A stretch of DNA of 29,706 nucleotides from Zygophlyctis sp. KS116 (GCA_054661495.1 BAAFSQ010000112.1:1-29706); one strand, 5' to 3'. Counted from the first letter of the stretch, positions 11,101-24,479 are shown. The notes: a model not told the origin generated them from the letters alone. Translations and numbers: made by a program.

Positions 11101-12415
11101 TTTCAGATACATAAGAGCAAAAAGCCAAAAGAAAAAAATATCGTTCCAAACAGCCTACGGCTTTGCTCAGAGTTGAAGCAGACCCATTCACATAGTATTT
11201 TATACGATACATCAAAATTATTTCTCTGATATTTTGCATCAAATCACCTGTTTGTTTAGTATTTCTAGTTTACATCGATCTATTATTTCATCTAAAAATC
11301 TCTTATCAGACTGACCGTTATTTAAAATCCCGACGAGCTGTAGAACAGACTGATAATTCCCTAAAACTGCATTCTGTAAATCATCAATAAGTCGACCTCT
11401 TGCAAGAGTCCATGCAATTGTAGAGGTTGACTGTGATAAACCTTGAATTTAACTTTTTAAAAATACCTCTTTCCAACATTTGTACTAAACGAAGCATTGT
11501 TTTTAAACTACTTTGAGGCAAGTTATCTGAAAATATTAGCGGATCTGTCTTTGTTTTATTAAGAATCTGAGATCGACGTAATATCATTGCAATAACCATT
11601 GCAAAAGTTGTCCGACCCTTTTTAATCAACAATTTTTTGCTTAAATTACCACCCCCATTCCACAATTAAAAACTAAAGCATCATCAAACTCACATTTCTT
11701 GATAATATCTACATAATCATCTATATAGTGATCTTCTGGTGCTTGCTCTGGTGAAATTGGTATCCTTATATAATTAATAGTATGCCCTTATCAAGATTAA
11801 ATCAACCAATTACCTTGAGCATTTAAACTTTCAAACAATTCCTTTGGAGTCTGTAAATCTGTAATAGATGTCCACATTGGAACAATTTTCCTATCTTCGA
11901 CTTCTTCATGTACCAATAAAAGATTATTCCACTTTGAAAGTTCCTTATTAATATCTTGCTTTAATCTATCTTCCATTGCCTCTAATCTAGACGCAGAAAT
12001 CCCCTGATAGGTTTTAATATTTTCAAAAGGAGTATGAATATCTCTTAGCACAAACGGTTTCCTTTTAGTTAAAATTACAATTTGGATACCTGTTAATATA
12101 AATCAATGGTTCTTCTCTAGCAGAAAACCAATAAGTCATTCTCTTCTGATCTGCATCAGAATTCATTTGTAATAAATTCAAGATTGTAAGAATTCCTGAG
12201 AATGTCGGTTGTGCAACTCCAAAAATGTTCAAATCGGCCATTCTAAAGTTGGGTGCACCATGTAGTACAAAATCCGGTCTTGACTCGATTCCAGTATCAA
12301 AATGATCCGATTTAAGTATTAATTGTCGGGCTAAAACCGACCCATTTCTATTTTTAACAACTGACTGTATAGAGAGTAATAGCTCCTTTGGATTCTTGGT
12401 TTTGAGCTCCTTCAT
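8161..12415 (-). CDS. Paladin-like phosphatase with three PTP-like phytase (inositol hexakisphosphate) domains
   Basis: Three repeats of GAPNFR..QPT..REEPxIY(I/V)N.P(Y/F)VLR..YxR(I/V)PI..CX5R, with motifs CGMGVGR, CQMGSGR and CQQGRGR. Twelve introns of 25-32 nt. The start could instead be 12505 or 12484. Confidence 0.9.
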
Positions 12416-12422
12416 ACAATTG

Positions 12423-12460
12423 TTTCGCGTCAAGTTGGTGTACTTTTCGCGTTTTCGCGT
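12423..12460. promoter_or_regulatory. Cluster of three TTTCGCGT (E2F/SCB/MCB-like) sites
   Basis: Located at 12423-12430, 12445-12452 and 12453-12460, just upstream of ATG 12415. Confidence 0.45.
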
Positions 12461-12773
12461 CCAGCGTCTTGTCTGCTGCTGCATCTTGACATGATATAAT
12501 TTCATCCTTTTTCTAAAAAAATAAAATTATTTACTAATATTTAACTAAAATTAAAATAATGCTAATCTTGAGGTGTTTCCTTGCTTCAAGGAAAAATGTT
12601 CAAATCTGAAATTCTTGGGATGTATTTTTAAATTTAAATCTAAGGGATCAGACTCAAATTCACTGAAATTTTTCTATATAAGAGTTTGAAAGAGATTACA
12701 AATACTAAAAAATTCCCGACATGGGACATTTAGAATGAAACGTCATGGAGACTTTTCGGACAAAGTATAAAAA

Positions 12774-13838
12774 ATGTCACAGTTTAAAAGACTATTTCGA
12801 ATTTTAAGTTATTTATCAATCATTGTACTACTTTTTACAGTCTGCGTAATGGTATTTCTAAAAAAGGGAGACTATGAATGGGTTTCAGTCTCAGAATATC
12901 GTAAAGTGTATTCACCAAATCATAAAAATTCATTTTCGGACATATCTTTCAGACCTTTAAACAAGGATCCAAATTTAGATGAGATTGTAAAAAAGCATAA
13001 TTTTCTAGCAATTACTTATGCTAGTTCTATTAATGACAAGTTTTGTAAAACTCTATACTCTTCAATTTCAAATAAAGTACCATTAATGGTTGTTGGACTT
13101 GAAGAATCATCAGATAAATTAAATAAAGTTCCAACTTTTGGTAAAATATCTAATCAACTCTTGGCCAAGTATCCTGATATAACTCTAATATTCATGGATG
13201 GATTTGATGTTTTATTTCAACAAGGACCAACAGAAATTCTAAAGAAATATAAAGAAATCAACAAAGCTCTAGTATATAGTGCAGAAAAAAATTGTTGGCC
13301 AGGAGGAAATCAGACTTATTGTGACGTATATCCTAGAAATATTAAAGTAGAAGAAATGTACAACTCTACTCAAATTCCAAATGAAAGCCCAGAAGTAAAT
13401 TGGCCTGTTCGTTTTTTAAATAGTGGACTCATGATTGGACCAGTTTCAGAAACTACAAAATTCTTTAAAGAGGCAGTCGAGTATATTCAAAAAGGATATT
13501 CCGACGATCAAGAAATAGCCAGTTTAATATTTACATCTGAAAAACTAGACATGACTATTGACTATCATTCTAGTCTCTTTCAAAGCATGTGGAATTCTAA
13601 TAGTGATTTAGAGATAAATCCTAAAACCGGACATTTTGAAAACATTCGTACACGGACATATCCATCTGCATTACATTTCAATGGAGATAAAGATGGATTT
13701 GAACCTACAGAATCTAAACTGTGGTATAATCAGAATCAATTCCAAGACCAGTCTGAAACTCGTGAAACTGAATTGAATTTGAATGGATTTTTTATTCCAA
13801 ATGGGACGTTTATCCCCTTTAAAGAAAATTGTCGATAA
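12774..13838 (+). CDS. Type II membrane glycosyltransferase, PLOD/LH3 GT-domain-like; intronless
   Basis: N-terminal transmembrane anchor plus motifs FMDGFDVLF, YSAEKNCWP, RFLNSG.MIG, DDQ, IDYHSSLFQ and HFNG. Confidence 0.8.
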   Translation: MSQFKRLFRILSYLSIIVLLFTVCVMVFLKKGDYEWVSVSEYRKVYSPNHKNSFSDISFRPLNKDPNLDEIVKKHNFLAITYASSINDKFCKTLYSSISNKVPLMVVGLEESSDKLNKVPTFGKISNQLLAKYPDITLIFMDGFDVLFQQGPTEILKKYKEINKALVYSAEKNCWPGGNQTYCDVYPRNIKVEEMYNSTQIPNESPEVNWPVRFLNSGLMIGPVSETTKFFKEAVEYIQKGYSDDQEIASLIFTSEKLDMTIDYHSSLFQSMWNSNSDLEINPKTGHFENIRTRTYPSALHFNGDKDGFEPTESKLWYNQNQFQDQSETRETELNLNGFFIPNGTFIPFKENCR

Positions 13839-13938
13839 TTTTATTAGCTTTTATTAGCTTTTATGAGATTATAATGAGATTATTATGAGATTAGCAAGTC
13901 ATGACGTACTTTCTTAGGTCGAGGTAGGCGGTGGAAAA

Positions 13939-14564
13939 ATGTCTTCAGGAATTGTCCCAACGCTACAAAACATTGTTGCAACTGTTAATTTAGACTGCAG
14001 ACTTGACTTGAAGACAATTGCCCTTCATGCCAGAAATGCCGAATATAATCCAAAGGTTTAATTCCATTTTTGACTCTAGAGATTCTCTGCCGTCGTCATG
14101 AGAATTAGAGAACCTAAAACAACTGCATTAATCTTTGCCTCTGGTAAAATGGTTATTACTGGGGCAAAGTCTGAGGAAATGGCAAAATTAGCTGCCAGAA
14201 AGTATGCTAGAATTATTCAAAAATTGGGATTTCAAGCAAAGTTTTTGGATTTCAAGATTCAAAATATTGTAGGGAGTTGTGATGTCAAATTCCCAATTAG
14301 GTTGGAGGGTCTAGCATACTCTCATGGTCATTTTTCAAGTGTATTTTTTCTCAATTGTCTTAAAATAGTATGAACCAGAATTATTTCCTGGACTCATTTA
14401 TAGAATGGTTAAACCTAAAGTTGTATTATTAATTTTTGTGTCTGGAAAAGTAGTATTGACTGGGGCTAAAGTAATAATGTTTTTTTAATTTGCAGGTCAG
14501 GGAAGATATATATCAGGCCTTTGAAAGCATTTATCCAGTACTAACAGAGTTTAGAAAACCTTGA
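13939..14564 (+). CDS. SPT15: TATA-binding protein (182 aa, core only)
   Basis: Reads [65 protein letters not shown]. Introns at 14056-14079, 14341-14368 and 14471-14495. Confidence 0.97.
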
Positions 14565-14595
14565 CATTTTTTAAACCTTGCACTAGAATTGAGAA

Positions 14596-14850
14596 ATGTT
14601 GCCAGTTGCTTGTGAGAATACAGTCTCTCTATTGCGGACATGCATAGAATCTTCAACTTTTATGCAGAAATTGAGTCATAATTGCAAACAGTTTCAGATT
14701 GATCATGAGCATTGTATGGAAGTAGAGGTGAGTTACTTTGTGTAAAGGTAGATGAAAAAAGTTGTAAAGGACAATCAGGAAAAGGCAAAGGAGACTAAAA
14801 AGAAATGGGCTGAAAAAAATAAAGAATTTGGGATATCAACTCCAGTTTGA
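14596..14850 (+). CDS. Twin CX9C protein, CMC family (Cmc2-like COX assembly factor), 76 aa; absent from the ORF track
   Basis: Reads MLPVACENTVSLLRTCIESSTFMQKLSHNCKQFQIDHEHCMEVE|MKKVVKDNQEKAKETKKKWAEKNKEFGISTPV*, a C-X9-C-X13-C-X9-C pattern. Intron at 14728-14751 (GTGAGT..TAG). Confidence 0.8.
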
Positions 14851-14851
14851 T

Positions 14852-17976
<3,125 letters not shown>

Positions 17977-17986
17977 TTAATTTCAA

Positions 17987-18012
17987 TTTCGCGATCGGAA
18001 GTAGTTCGGACA
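17987..18012. promoter_or_regulatory. MCM4 upstream elements: TTTCGCG (E2F/SCB-like) and TCGGACA
   Basis: TTTCGCG at 17987-17993 lies 10 bp from the ATG; TCGGACA is at 18006-18012. MCM genes are established G1/S-phase targets. Confidence 0.45.
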
Positions 18013-18100
18013 AGTCAAAATCTGATTCTTGCAAAATTATATTAGTGATCATTGATTGACAATTATTATTCAGATTCCTAGAAAGAACCGATTTTTAACT

Positions 18101-20064
18101 TTATCGTTTATCCTTTGCATGCATTGTTATCCACGTACCCAACTTGAATGCAACCAGAATTGAAATCAAAATAGCAGCCCAGACTCCATACTTTACATCA
18201 TCATGCTCAAAGTATTTCATGACATCTTCTCCAGTAAAGGTACAACCAGTAGCATTAGAAGGAGGAACCATACAAGCACATCCAGATGGACTGCCTGGTG
18301 ATGGAGCACAATTAAAAGTAAGACCAGTCATTTCATTCTTCAACAAGGCCTCAAAAGAATACTTTTGGAAGTCGATGTAATGAAATGTATAGCGCCAACC
18401 TGCAGGAACATCAGACACTTTAAGCAAAGCAAATCCTTGAACAACCTATGATATTAAATAAACAAACAGTACCATCCATAAACCATTCAGGAACGCAGAA
18501 ATGGTAAGAGAGGCAACGAAAATTGGGATCAGTGCAGAAATAAAAATGACCTGGGCCTCTGCAACATTTAGCATTAAAAACATATATCCCATAAAGATGA
18601 AAAAGTTATCTGCTTCTTGCTGGAGTCCCATGCAGAAATATCCTACTATACTAAAGGATATAGCTATAATAGCAAGAAAAGGAAGTGATACTAGGTAATT
18701 TGACAACAGATATGATTCAATTGAATAAAGACCATTAGCCCTACGTAATTAAATATATAATTTCATACTTTTCTCTTAAAAACACATGACGTTCCTCCAG
18801 GAATGCTGGAATACCAGCAACAGACATAAAACTAAGAAAAGCAACCGAAAAGTAAATAGCAATCATTCTGTTTACAACATCAGCCTGATCATATCCTAAG
18901 CGAAGCCATGTTGTACCCATCAAAATCGCAAGACCCAAATACATTGCAACTCTTACCCAATAAGAAAGAGGGTTCTTAGCCGCATTAAGGAATGCACGAT
19001 TCATTAAAATACCAGTCTGATAAGCGAATGAATTTGTATAACCATAGTTGGAAACCAACTCTTCTTTCAGTTTCTTTGATATTTCAATATCTTTCAAAAT
19101 TATACTAGATCTGACAGATTCATTGAAGCCTTTAATCAACTGATCTACCCGCTCCTCACCATTAGTCTTTTCTTCCATGAAATCAGTATTAGTAAGTCTC
19201 AAATAGACATCGCAAGGATTAGCATGATTTGGAATTGGTTGACCAAGATCAGCAAAATGTTGTATAGCAGCTTCACGCTCTCCGAAATACACCGTTTGTC
19301 CATTTGCAATAATCAAGAGATGAGAAAACAATTCAAAAGTTTCTGTGCTGGGTTGATGAATTGTAGCCATTACTGTACAGTTTTTATTGTCAGCAAGACG
19401 TTTAATTGATTCAATCACTGAATAGGCAGCAACAGAATCTAGACCTGATGTTGGTTCATCTAAAAACAAAAGACCTCCCTTCATTCCAATCAACTGAGAT
19501 GCGACAGATACTCTACGAACTTGCCCACCAGAGCATCCTTTTGTTAAAGGAGTACCTATAATAGTATTTTCAACATCCTTTAAACCGAATTCTACCAACA
19601 ATTCATCAACAATTTTTTCCTTTTCCTCTCTTGAAGTTGATTGAGCAAGATTGAAATGAGCAGCATATCTTAAAGTTTCTCCAACAGTTAAACTTCCAAA
19701 CAATGCATCCTCCTGCGTACAGTATTTTGAGACATGCTTCATTTTAACATCTGATCTTCCATTGACATAGATATTTCCAGTCATTTGATTTGAAGCTTTT
19801 CTTCCAGCAATGACATCTAAAAATGTAGATTTTCCAGCCCCAGAAGCACCAATCACTGCACAAACATTTCCAGGCTTTAAAATCCCATTCTATAGTTTAT
19901 GCATTGTATCTTACCATATTACTAATAATCTGTTTATCTTGTCCGGTCTTTTGATCTTTAACAGAGAATGATACATTCTCCCATGCCAAAGTAAAAGATG
20001 ATTTGGCCTTAAGGGTATGATCCAAGACGATCATTGTCTCTGAAGAAGTCTCTGATTCAACCAT
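18101..20064 (-). CDS. ABCG half-size transporter (NBD followed by TMD)
   Basis: Walker A GASGAGKST, signature CSGGQ, Walker B LFLDEPTSGLD, TIHQPS and an ABC2 membrane domain. Introns at 19890-19914, 18741-18768 and 18446-18472. Confidence 0.95.
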
Positions 20065-20293
20065 TTTTTTGAATTATTAAAAGAGAAAATCGTCTAGAGC
20101 GCTGATCCAAAGAAATTTGAAGTGCTTTGACATGAATTTATTAAAAATTTTGTTGCTTAACGATCAATTATTAAAAATTTACTGCTGATCCAATATTTTT
20201 ATAGTTTATACCCTAACTTTTCAAATAACCCTTGCAAGAACTGACACTAGACTCTCCCCTGAGCATTTCGTCTAATTTCCTAGTCAAAATTAG

Positions 20294-20656
20294 TCAAATT
20301 AGTTTCCCCATCTTGTCCAATTCTTTGAGAAAAAGAGTTTTAGCACGAAGCCGCTCATCTTTAACTTTTTTAGTATATTCCTTGTACAAGTCTATTTCCT
20401 GTATCTGATCAGTGATTCTAAAAGAAAATTGTGAGATTGTTGACGGCATATCAAAGAGAATATCAGATTTTTCTATTGTATGGTTTGATTCATTGACACT
20501 CTTTGAGAATCCAGCCAATTTCTTTGAAACTTTAATCTTTTCAGTCTTTTTCAAGTTGGCATCACTTACTCCTGACACCCTTTTCTTTGATTTAGTCTTT
20601 AGAACTAGAGGAGTTTCAGAGTCTGAAGAGTCAGTCTTGATTCTCTTTTGCTTCAT
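20294..20656 (-). CDS. Hypothetical Lys-rich protein (120 aa)
   Basis: Open frame MKQKRIKTDSSDSETPLV..KELDKMGKLI fills the gap between ABCG and TAF8. No family recognised. Confidence 0.5.
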   Translation of the reverse strand: MKQKRIKTDSSDSETPLVLKTKSKKRVSGVSDANLKKTEKIKVSKKLAGFSKSVNESNHTIEKSDILFDMPSTISQFSFRITDQIQEIDLYKEYTKKVKDERLRAKTLFLKELDKMGKLI

Positions 20657-20750
20657 TAGGCGTAGGAGCAGGCTAAATTGACGTACTGTAACTGTAACTT
20701 GAGTAAGTCTAAATCTCAAAAAGTCAAGATTAAAATTACAAATTATAATT

Positions 20751-21404
20751 CTAGTCATCCATCCCTTCATCATCCATCCCTTCATCTTCTAAATCCCTTT
20801 TAATTCCTTTAGAAATCTGATGAGAGTAATTTATAAGACTTAAATCTCTTTTTGGAACCAAAGCTTCCGTTTTAACCATTTTCCTAATTTTACTTGGTAA
20901 ACTTTTAAGAGGAACCAGACGTTTAAGATTATCTTCTACTTGTCTGATTTGAGATGTGCGCTTTTTTATAACTCTTAAATACAAAGGATCAGGAGTAAAT
21001 GACATTTCAGTCGCTCTAAAAGTATGTTCTGAAGGGAAATTAGGAAGATGATTTTCCCAATAGCAAGGAAGGTTTTTGTAAGTTCTGATTGAAATCGGTT
21101 TAAAAAGAGGTTGAACTGGAGCAGGTATTGAAAATAAAAGTGGTTTTAAAAGTGTCCGATTCTTAAAATCAAATAATTCCTGTAAAATATTGTCACAAGA
21201 CAATAAAACAAGAGATACATCTGCTAAATTGACAGAGTTTCTTCCTGAAACTAGTGCTGCATTTCTACATTGAATTCCTAATGACAAGAGAGAATTAGAG
21301 AAGAGAGAGCATAGGTATGATAATGCTTTTTTAGATATGATTATATCTCCCAAAACCAATTTGAACAATTGACAGAGCAATGGCTCCAAATGCGATTCAT
21401 TCAT
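20751..21404 (-). CDS. TAF8: TFIID subunit 8-like protein (histone fold plus TAF8 C-terminal motif)
   Basis: Bromodomain-associated histone fold (AALVSGRNSVNLADV) and the motif HLPNFPSEHTFRAT..RQVEDNLKRL. Confidence 0.75.
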   Translation of the reverse strand: MNESHLEPLLCQLFKLVLGDIIISKKALSYLCSLFSNSLLSLGIQCRNAALVSGRNSVNLADVSLVLLSCDNILQELFDFKNRTLLKPLLFSIPAPVQPLFKPISIRTYKNLPCYWENHLPNFPSEHTFRATEMSFTPDPLYLRVIKKRTSQIRQVEDNLKRLVPLKSLPSKIRKMVKTEALVPKRDLSLINYSHQISKGIKRDLEDEGMDDEGMDD

Positions 21405-21446
21405 TCTTTAACGCCTGGACCTCGTCATTTGGACGGTCTGGACTTG

Positions 21447-22282
21447 ATGACTGGACACCGATTTATTGCCAAGACAGACAATATTAATGACTTGAATTCT
21501 CTTCTCAAACCTCTAGGAAATAAAGTCGGCAATGTTGTCATTTCAGACGATGGATTGCAGTTTGCGATTGAAGTTGATAAAGTTTTGCTGATTCAGACAT
21601 GGATTCCAAGAGAAATATTTCATGATTGGACCGCTGATGAATTGGAATTTTCTATTGATTTGGGGAATTTGTTGGATTCTATTCATGTTTTTTCAACTCT
21701 AAATTTATTATTAGAGACTAGTAGTGAATCTAATGATTTGATACTGACTAGTGAGAATGATGATTTATGCACTAGAATAGCATTAAAGAAATATGATAAA
21801 ATTGCTCTAAATACTAGTTTATTAGTGTTTAGTGACTCTGATCTATGTTCGAAAATTATTTTAAAGGTAATTTTAATCTTCAAAGTATAGTCGAGTTTGT
21901 TAAGAGATGTATTGGTAGATTTGGACACGTCTTGTAATTTGATAAGTTTTGTCGTGTCTGGAAATGGGTTGATAATTCGTACTGTTGGGTCATTTGGAGA
22001 AACGGAAATTGAATTTGAAAAGGAATCAAATGTTTTTGATTCCTTTGATTTCTTTGGAAATAATCAAAGTTTTACAGTCTCTTTTAATTTTTGTCTGTTT
22101 AAACAATGTTTAAAGGCACTTTTAAATTCAAAGAAAACTTGCATCAGGATAAATTATGATGGGATTCTCTCTTTGCAGTTTATGATTCTTCTTTCGGATG
22201 AATCAAAATCATCGTTTATTGAATTTGCTGTACTCAATATGCATCATCTAATTAATAGATTACTCCGGCAGTGTCAGATTGA
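21447..22282 (+). CDS. RAD1: 9-1-1 checkpoint clamp subunit of the Rad1/Rec1/ScRad17 family
   Basis: Reads FIAKTDNINDLNSLLKPL..DGLQFAIE..IPREIF..GSFGETEIEF..KALLNSKKTCIRINYDGILSLQFMI..FIEF. Introns at 21867-21890 and 22230-22258. Confidence 0.85.
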
Positions 22283-22393
22283 AATTTTTTATGCTTCAAT
22301 GGACTTTTGGGTTGCATCAATTAAAAACTAGAATAAAAAAGGATTCAGACAAAATTCAATACGCTTCTATAATGATTTATAAGTGAATGTAAT

Positions 22394-22915
22394 TTAGAAT
22401 CCACAAGAAAAACTGCCACACAAAATGGTATCCCATGAAAAGAAAGAACTGCCTTTTGGGGCATTAGCTAGAGCAATCTTCTCTGCAATTTTTGGATTGT
22501 ATTTTTGTCTATTTTTTTTATGGACTATATTTCCTTTTGGGATTATTCCTTTATTGCTATTTGGGATTTCTTGGATGGTTGGATTGGGATCAACTGATAC
22601 ATGTCTATTAGTGTTTTTGACAGCGTTTGGTGACTTTAGAATTGAGCGGAGAGTTCTTTGAGTTGGTGGAGTTTGCTGAACATGTTTAACTCCAATAAAC
22701 TTGCCGGTTAAAGGATCATAAACTTTAAACATGTTTGATCCTGGAGCCGTTGGCGGATTGAATGAATTGTGAGAATCAGGAAGTCCACTACCTTTGATCG
22801 TTGACTGTGCGGTGTCAACAAGTTCATCCCCTTGGCGAATGATACTCTTTATCATTCCGAATGGAGCACTAAGCACAACTGAAGAGTAAAGGATGCAATG
22901 TAAAATAAAAATCAT
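22394..22915 (-). CDS. Putative secreted protein (173 aa) with one SILK/RVxF-like module
   Basis: Signal-like start MIFILHCILYSSVVLSA-PF and module RSILKSPNAVKNTNRHVSVDPNPTIQEIP. Intronless. Confidence 0.7.
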   Translation of the reverse strand: MIFILHCILYSSVVLSAPFGMIKSIIRQGDELVDTAQSTIKGSGLPDSHNSFNPPTAPGSNMFKVYDPLTGKFIGVKHVQQTPPTQRTLRSILKSPNAVKNTNRHVSVDPNPTIQEIPNSNKGIIPKGNIVHKKNRQKYNPKIAEKIALANAPKGSSFFSWDTILCGSFSCGF

Positions 22916-23158
22916 TTTGTAACAAGTCTTGCGGCATGTTGTTGGCGCTCTTATGCAAGGGACGGCATGAGGCGGCGACCTTATTGATACTATATCAGTC
23001 GGACAAGTTATAAATTCAGAATAAGCATTACTTCTATTGATACTGTAAATAAAATAACTTATGAAAATGAAAAAGACAAACTTGTTCTGTAATGTTAAAA
23101 TTATAAAAGAGCCGCAAAAAGGGATGGATCCATCCTAGTGTGAGCTTTTCCTCTTGCA

Positions 23159-23788
23159 TTACCAGTTTAATTCTTTAGTTTTGTGAATTTGGTGATTCTT
23201 TCTTTGAGGAATAAGTCGGATTTCCAAATCAGTTGAAAATGTCGCATGTTTTTCAGTGTTTTTGTCTGACTTGGAAGCCTTTAGAATAGACTGGACATGT
23301 TGTATTGGCGGAGAATCGGTATCAGATCCAGAAAAGGGTGCACGGTATGGGCCCTGATGTGGTGCAGGCAGTTCTCCCGGCAGTACAGTGGACCTGGGAA
23401 CTCTTTGAGGTCGATTTCTAGTAAGTTTCAAAAGATTGTGATATCGAGGGATCACTCTGACTCCATAGTCAGCAGAAAATGTTACTTGTTTTCTTGTTTT
23501 CTCCCCAGTATTGTATGTCCGAAGAATTGAAGGCGGTAACGTCCTTTGATGCGGTGCATGTAAATCAAAGGAGGACTCATCAGGAGAGCCATGCGACATC
23601 CTTGAAGGTAGCTGAGTGTCTGAAGATTCCAATCTATTTCTCAAAGGAGGATTGCTGGGTTTAATAGGGGGTGGTATTGCGATCAGTTTTCCAGATGCTT
23701 CATCGATGTCAAAGTACTTTATTCCCCAGCCAAAGGAGGCACTAAACACTAAAGAAGAGTGTAGTAAGGCAAAGAAGATCTGTTTCAT
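23159..23788 (-). CDS. Putative secreted protein (209 aa), paralog of 22394-22915, with two SILK/RVxF-like modules
   Basis: ATG at 23788 gives MKQIFFALLHSSLVFSA-SF. Modules are PSILRTYNTGEKTRKQVTFSADYGVRVIP and QSILKASKSDKNTEKHATFSTDLEIRLIP. Confidence 0.7.
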   Translation of the reverse strand: MKQIFFALLHSSLVFSASFGWGIKYFDIDEASGKLIAIPPPIKPSNPPLRNRLESSDTQLPSRMSHGSPDESSFDLHAPHQRTLPPSILRTYNTGEKTRKQVTFSADYGVRVIPRYHNLLKLTRNRPQRVPRSTVLPGELPAPHQGPYRAPFSGSDTDSPPIQHVQSILKASKSDKNTEKHATFSTDLEIRLIPQRKNHQIHKTKELNW

Positions 23789-23950
23789 TATTATGAAGGA
23801 AGTTCCAGTGCTTGCCGCATCAGCGGCATGTGGTTTTAAATTCTGATGTCTCAAAATTCAGCCTAAAATCTGGATTTAATATTAATGCTCAAACAATATT
23901 AATCAAGCATTCCAGTAATGGACCTACGGATTGCATCAATGACATCTTTT

Positions 23951-24215
23951 CAAAAAAAGGATTCTGACAAAATTCAATACGTTGGAAAATGATTTATAAC
24001 TTAAAAACAATTTGTTCAGATTTAGAATCCACAAAATAGAAATTAAATCCCATGAAAAGAAAGTAATATCTTTTGGGCCATTAGCGATGTGTTTCTGGAT
24101 ACCCTGTTCGGGAACATTTAGATATTTGCGTTGGAGTTGTTCTAGATATTTGCGTTGGAGTGGAACTTGTGTCAAGTGTATCATTTTTAAAATCCTTTAT
24201 GATTTACCAGTGATG
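23951..24215 (-). pseudogene. Degraded third copy of the secreted-protein family (3' end and 3' flank)
   Basis: 23951-24086 aligns with ~22336-22468 (AAAGGATTC.GACAAAATTCAATACG, ATTTAGAATCCACAA, ATCCCATGAAAAGAAAG; peptide ANGPK..FFSWD). It has an upstream in-frame stop and a 24-bp-period duplication at 24119-24161. Confidence 0.7.
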
Positions 24216-24479
24216 TGAGATTGATTTGAGTGCAAGTTTAAATCTTGATTATGCGGAAAATCCTTCAATAAATATGATTTAATTTGTCCATTACCGTCTT
24301 CAAAAGGACCTGCTTCCAAGAGTAATGTAGCTGTAGCACAAGTTATTGTATATGCTGTAACGTTTCATCTGCTCAGATAATGCGTTTCATTCAAAGATTT
24401 CAACCGAGGGCGTGTAAATCTAGAAAGGAAGATCGAAATATTCGTATGCGCCGATAATGCATTATGATAATATGCCATT

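Noticed and set aside
12513-12730. Possible extra upstream exons of paladin, or a small minus-strand gene
   Set aside because: It would need a 22-nt or GC-AG intron and gives no recognisable protein.
13900-13908. ATGACGT (CRE-like) sites at ~12740, 13901, 29560 and 29672
   Set aside because: A short, common motif with too few instances to support a claim.
21369-21446. RAD1 N-terminal extension overlapping TAF8, as in the ORF track
   Set aside because: Family similarity begins right after ATG 21447.
23789-23854. Track start at 23854 for the secreted protein
   Set aside because: It is a non-ATG start; ATG 23788 places the signal peptide at the N-terminus, matching the paralog.
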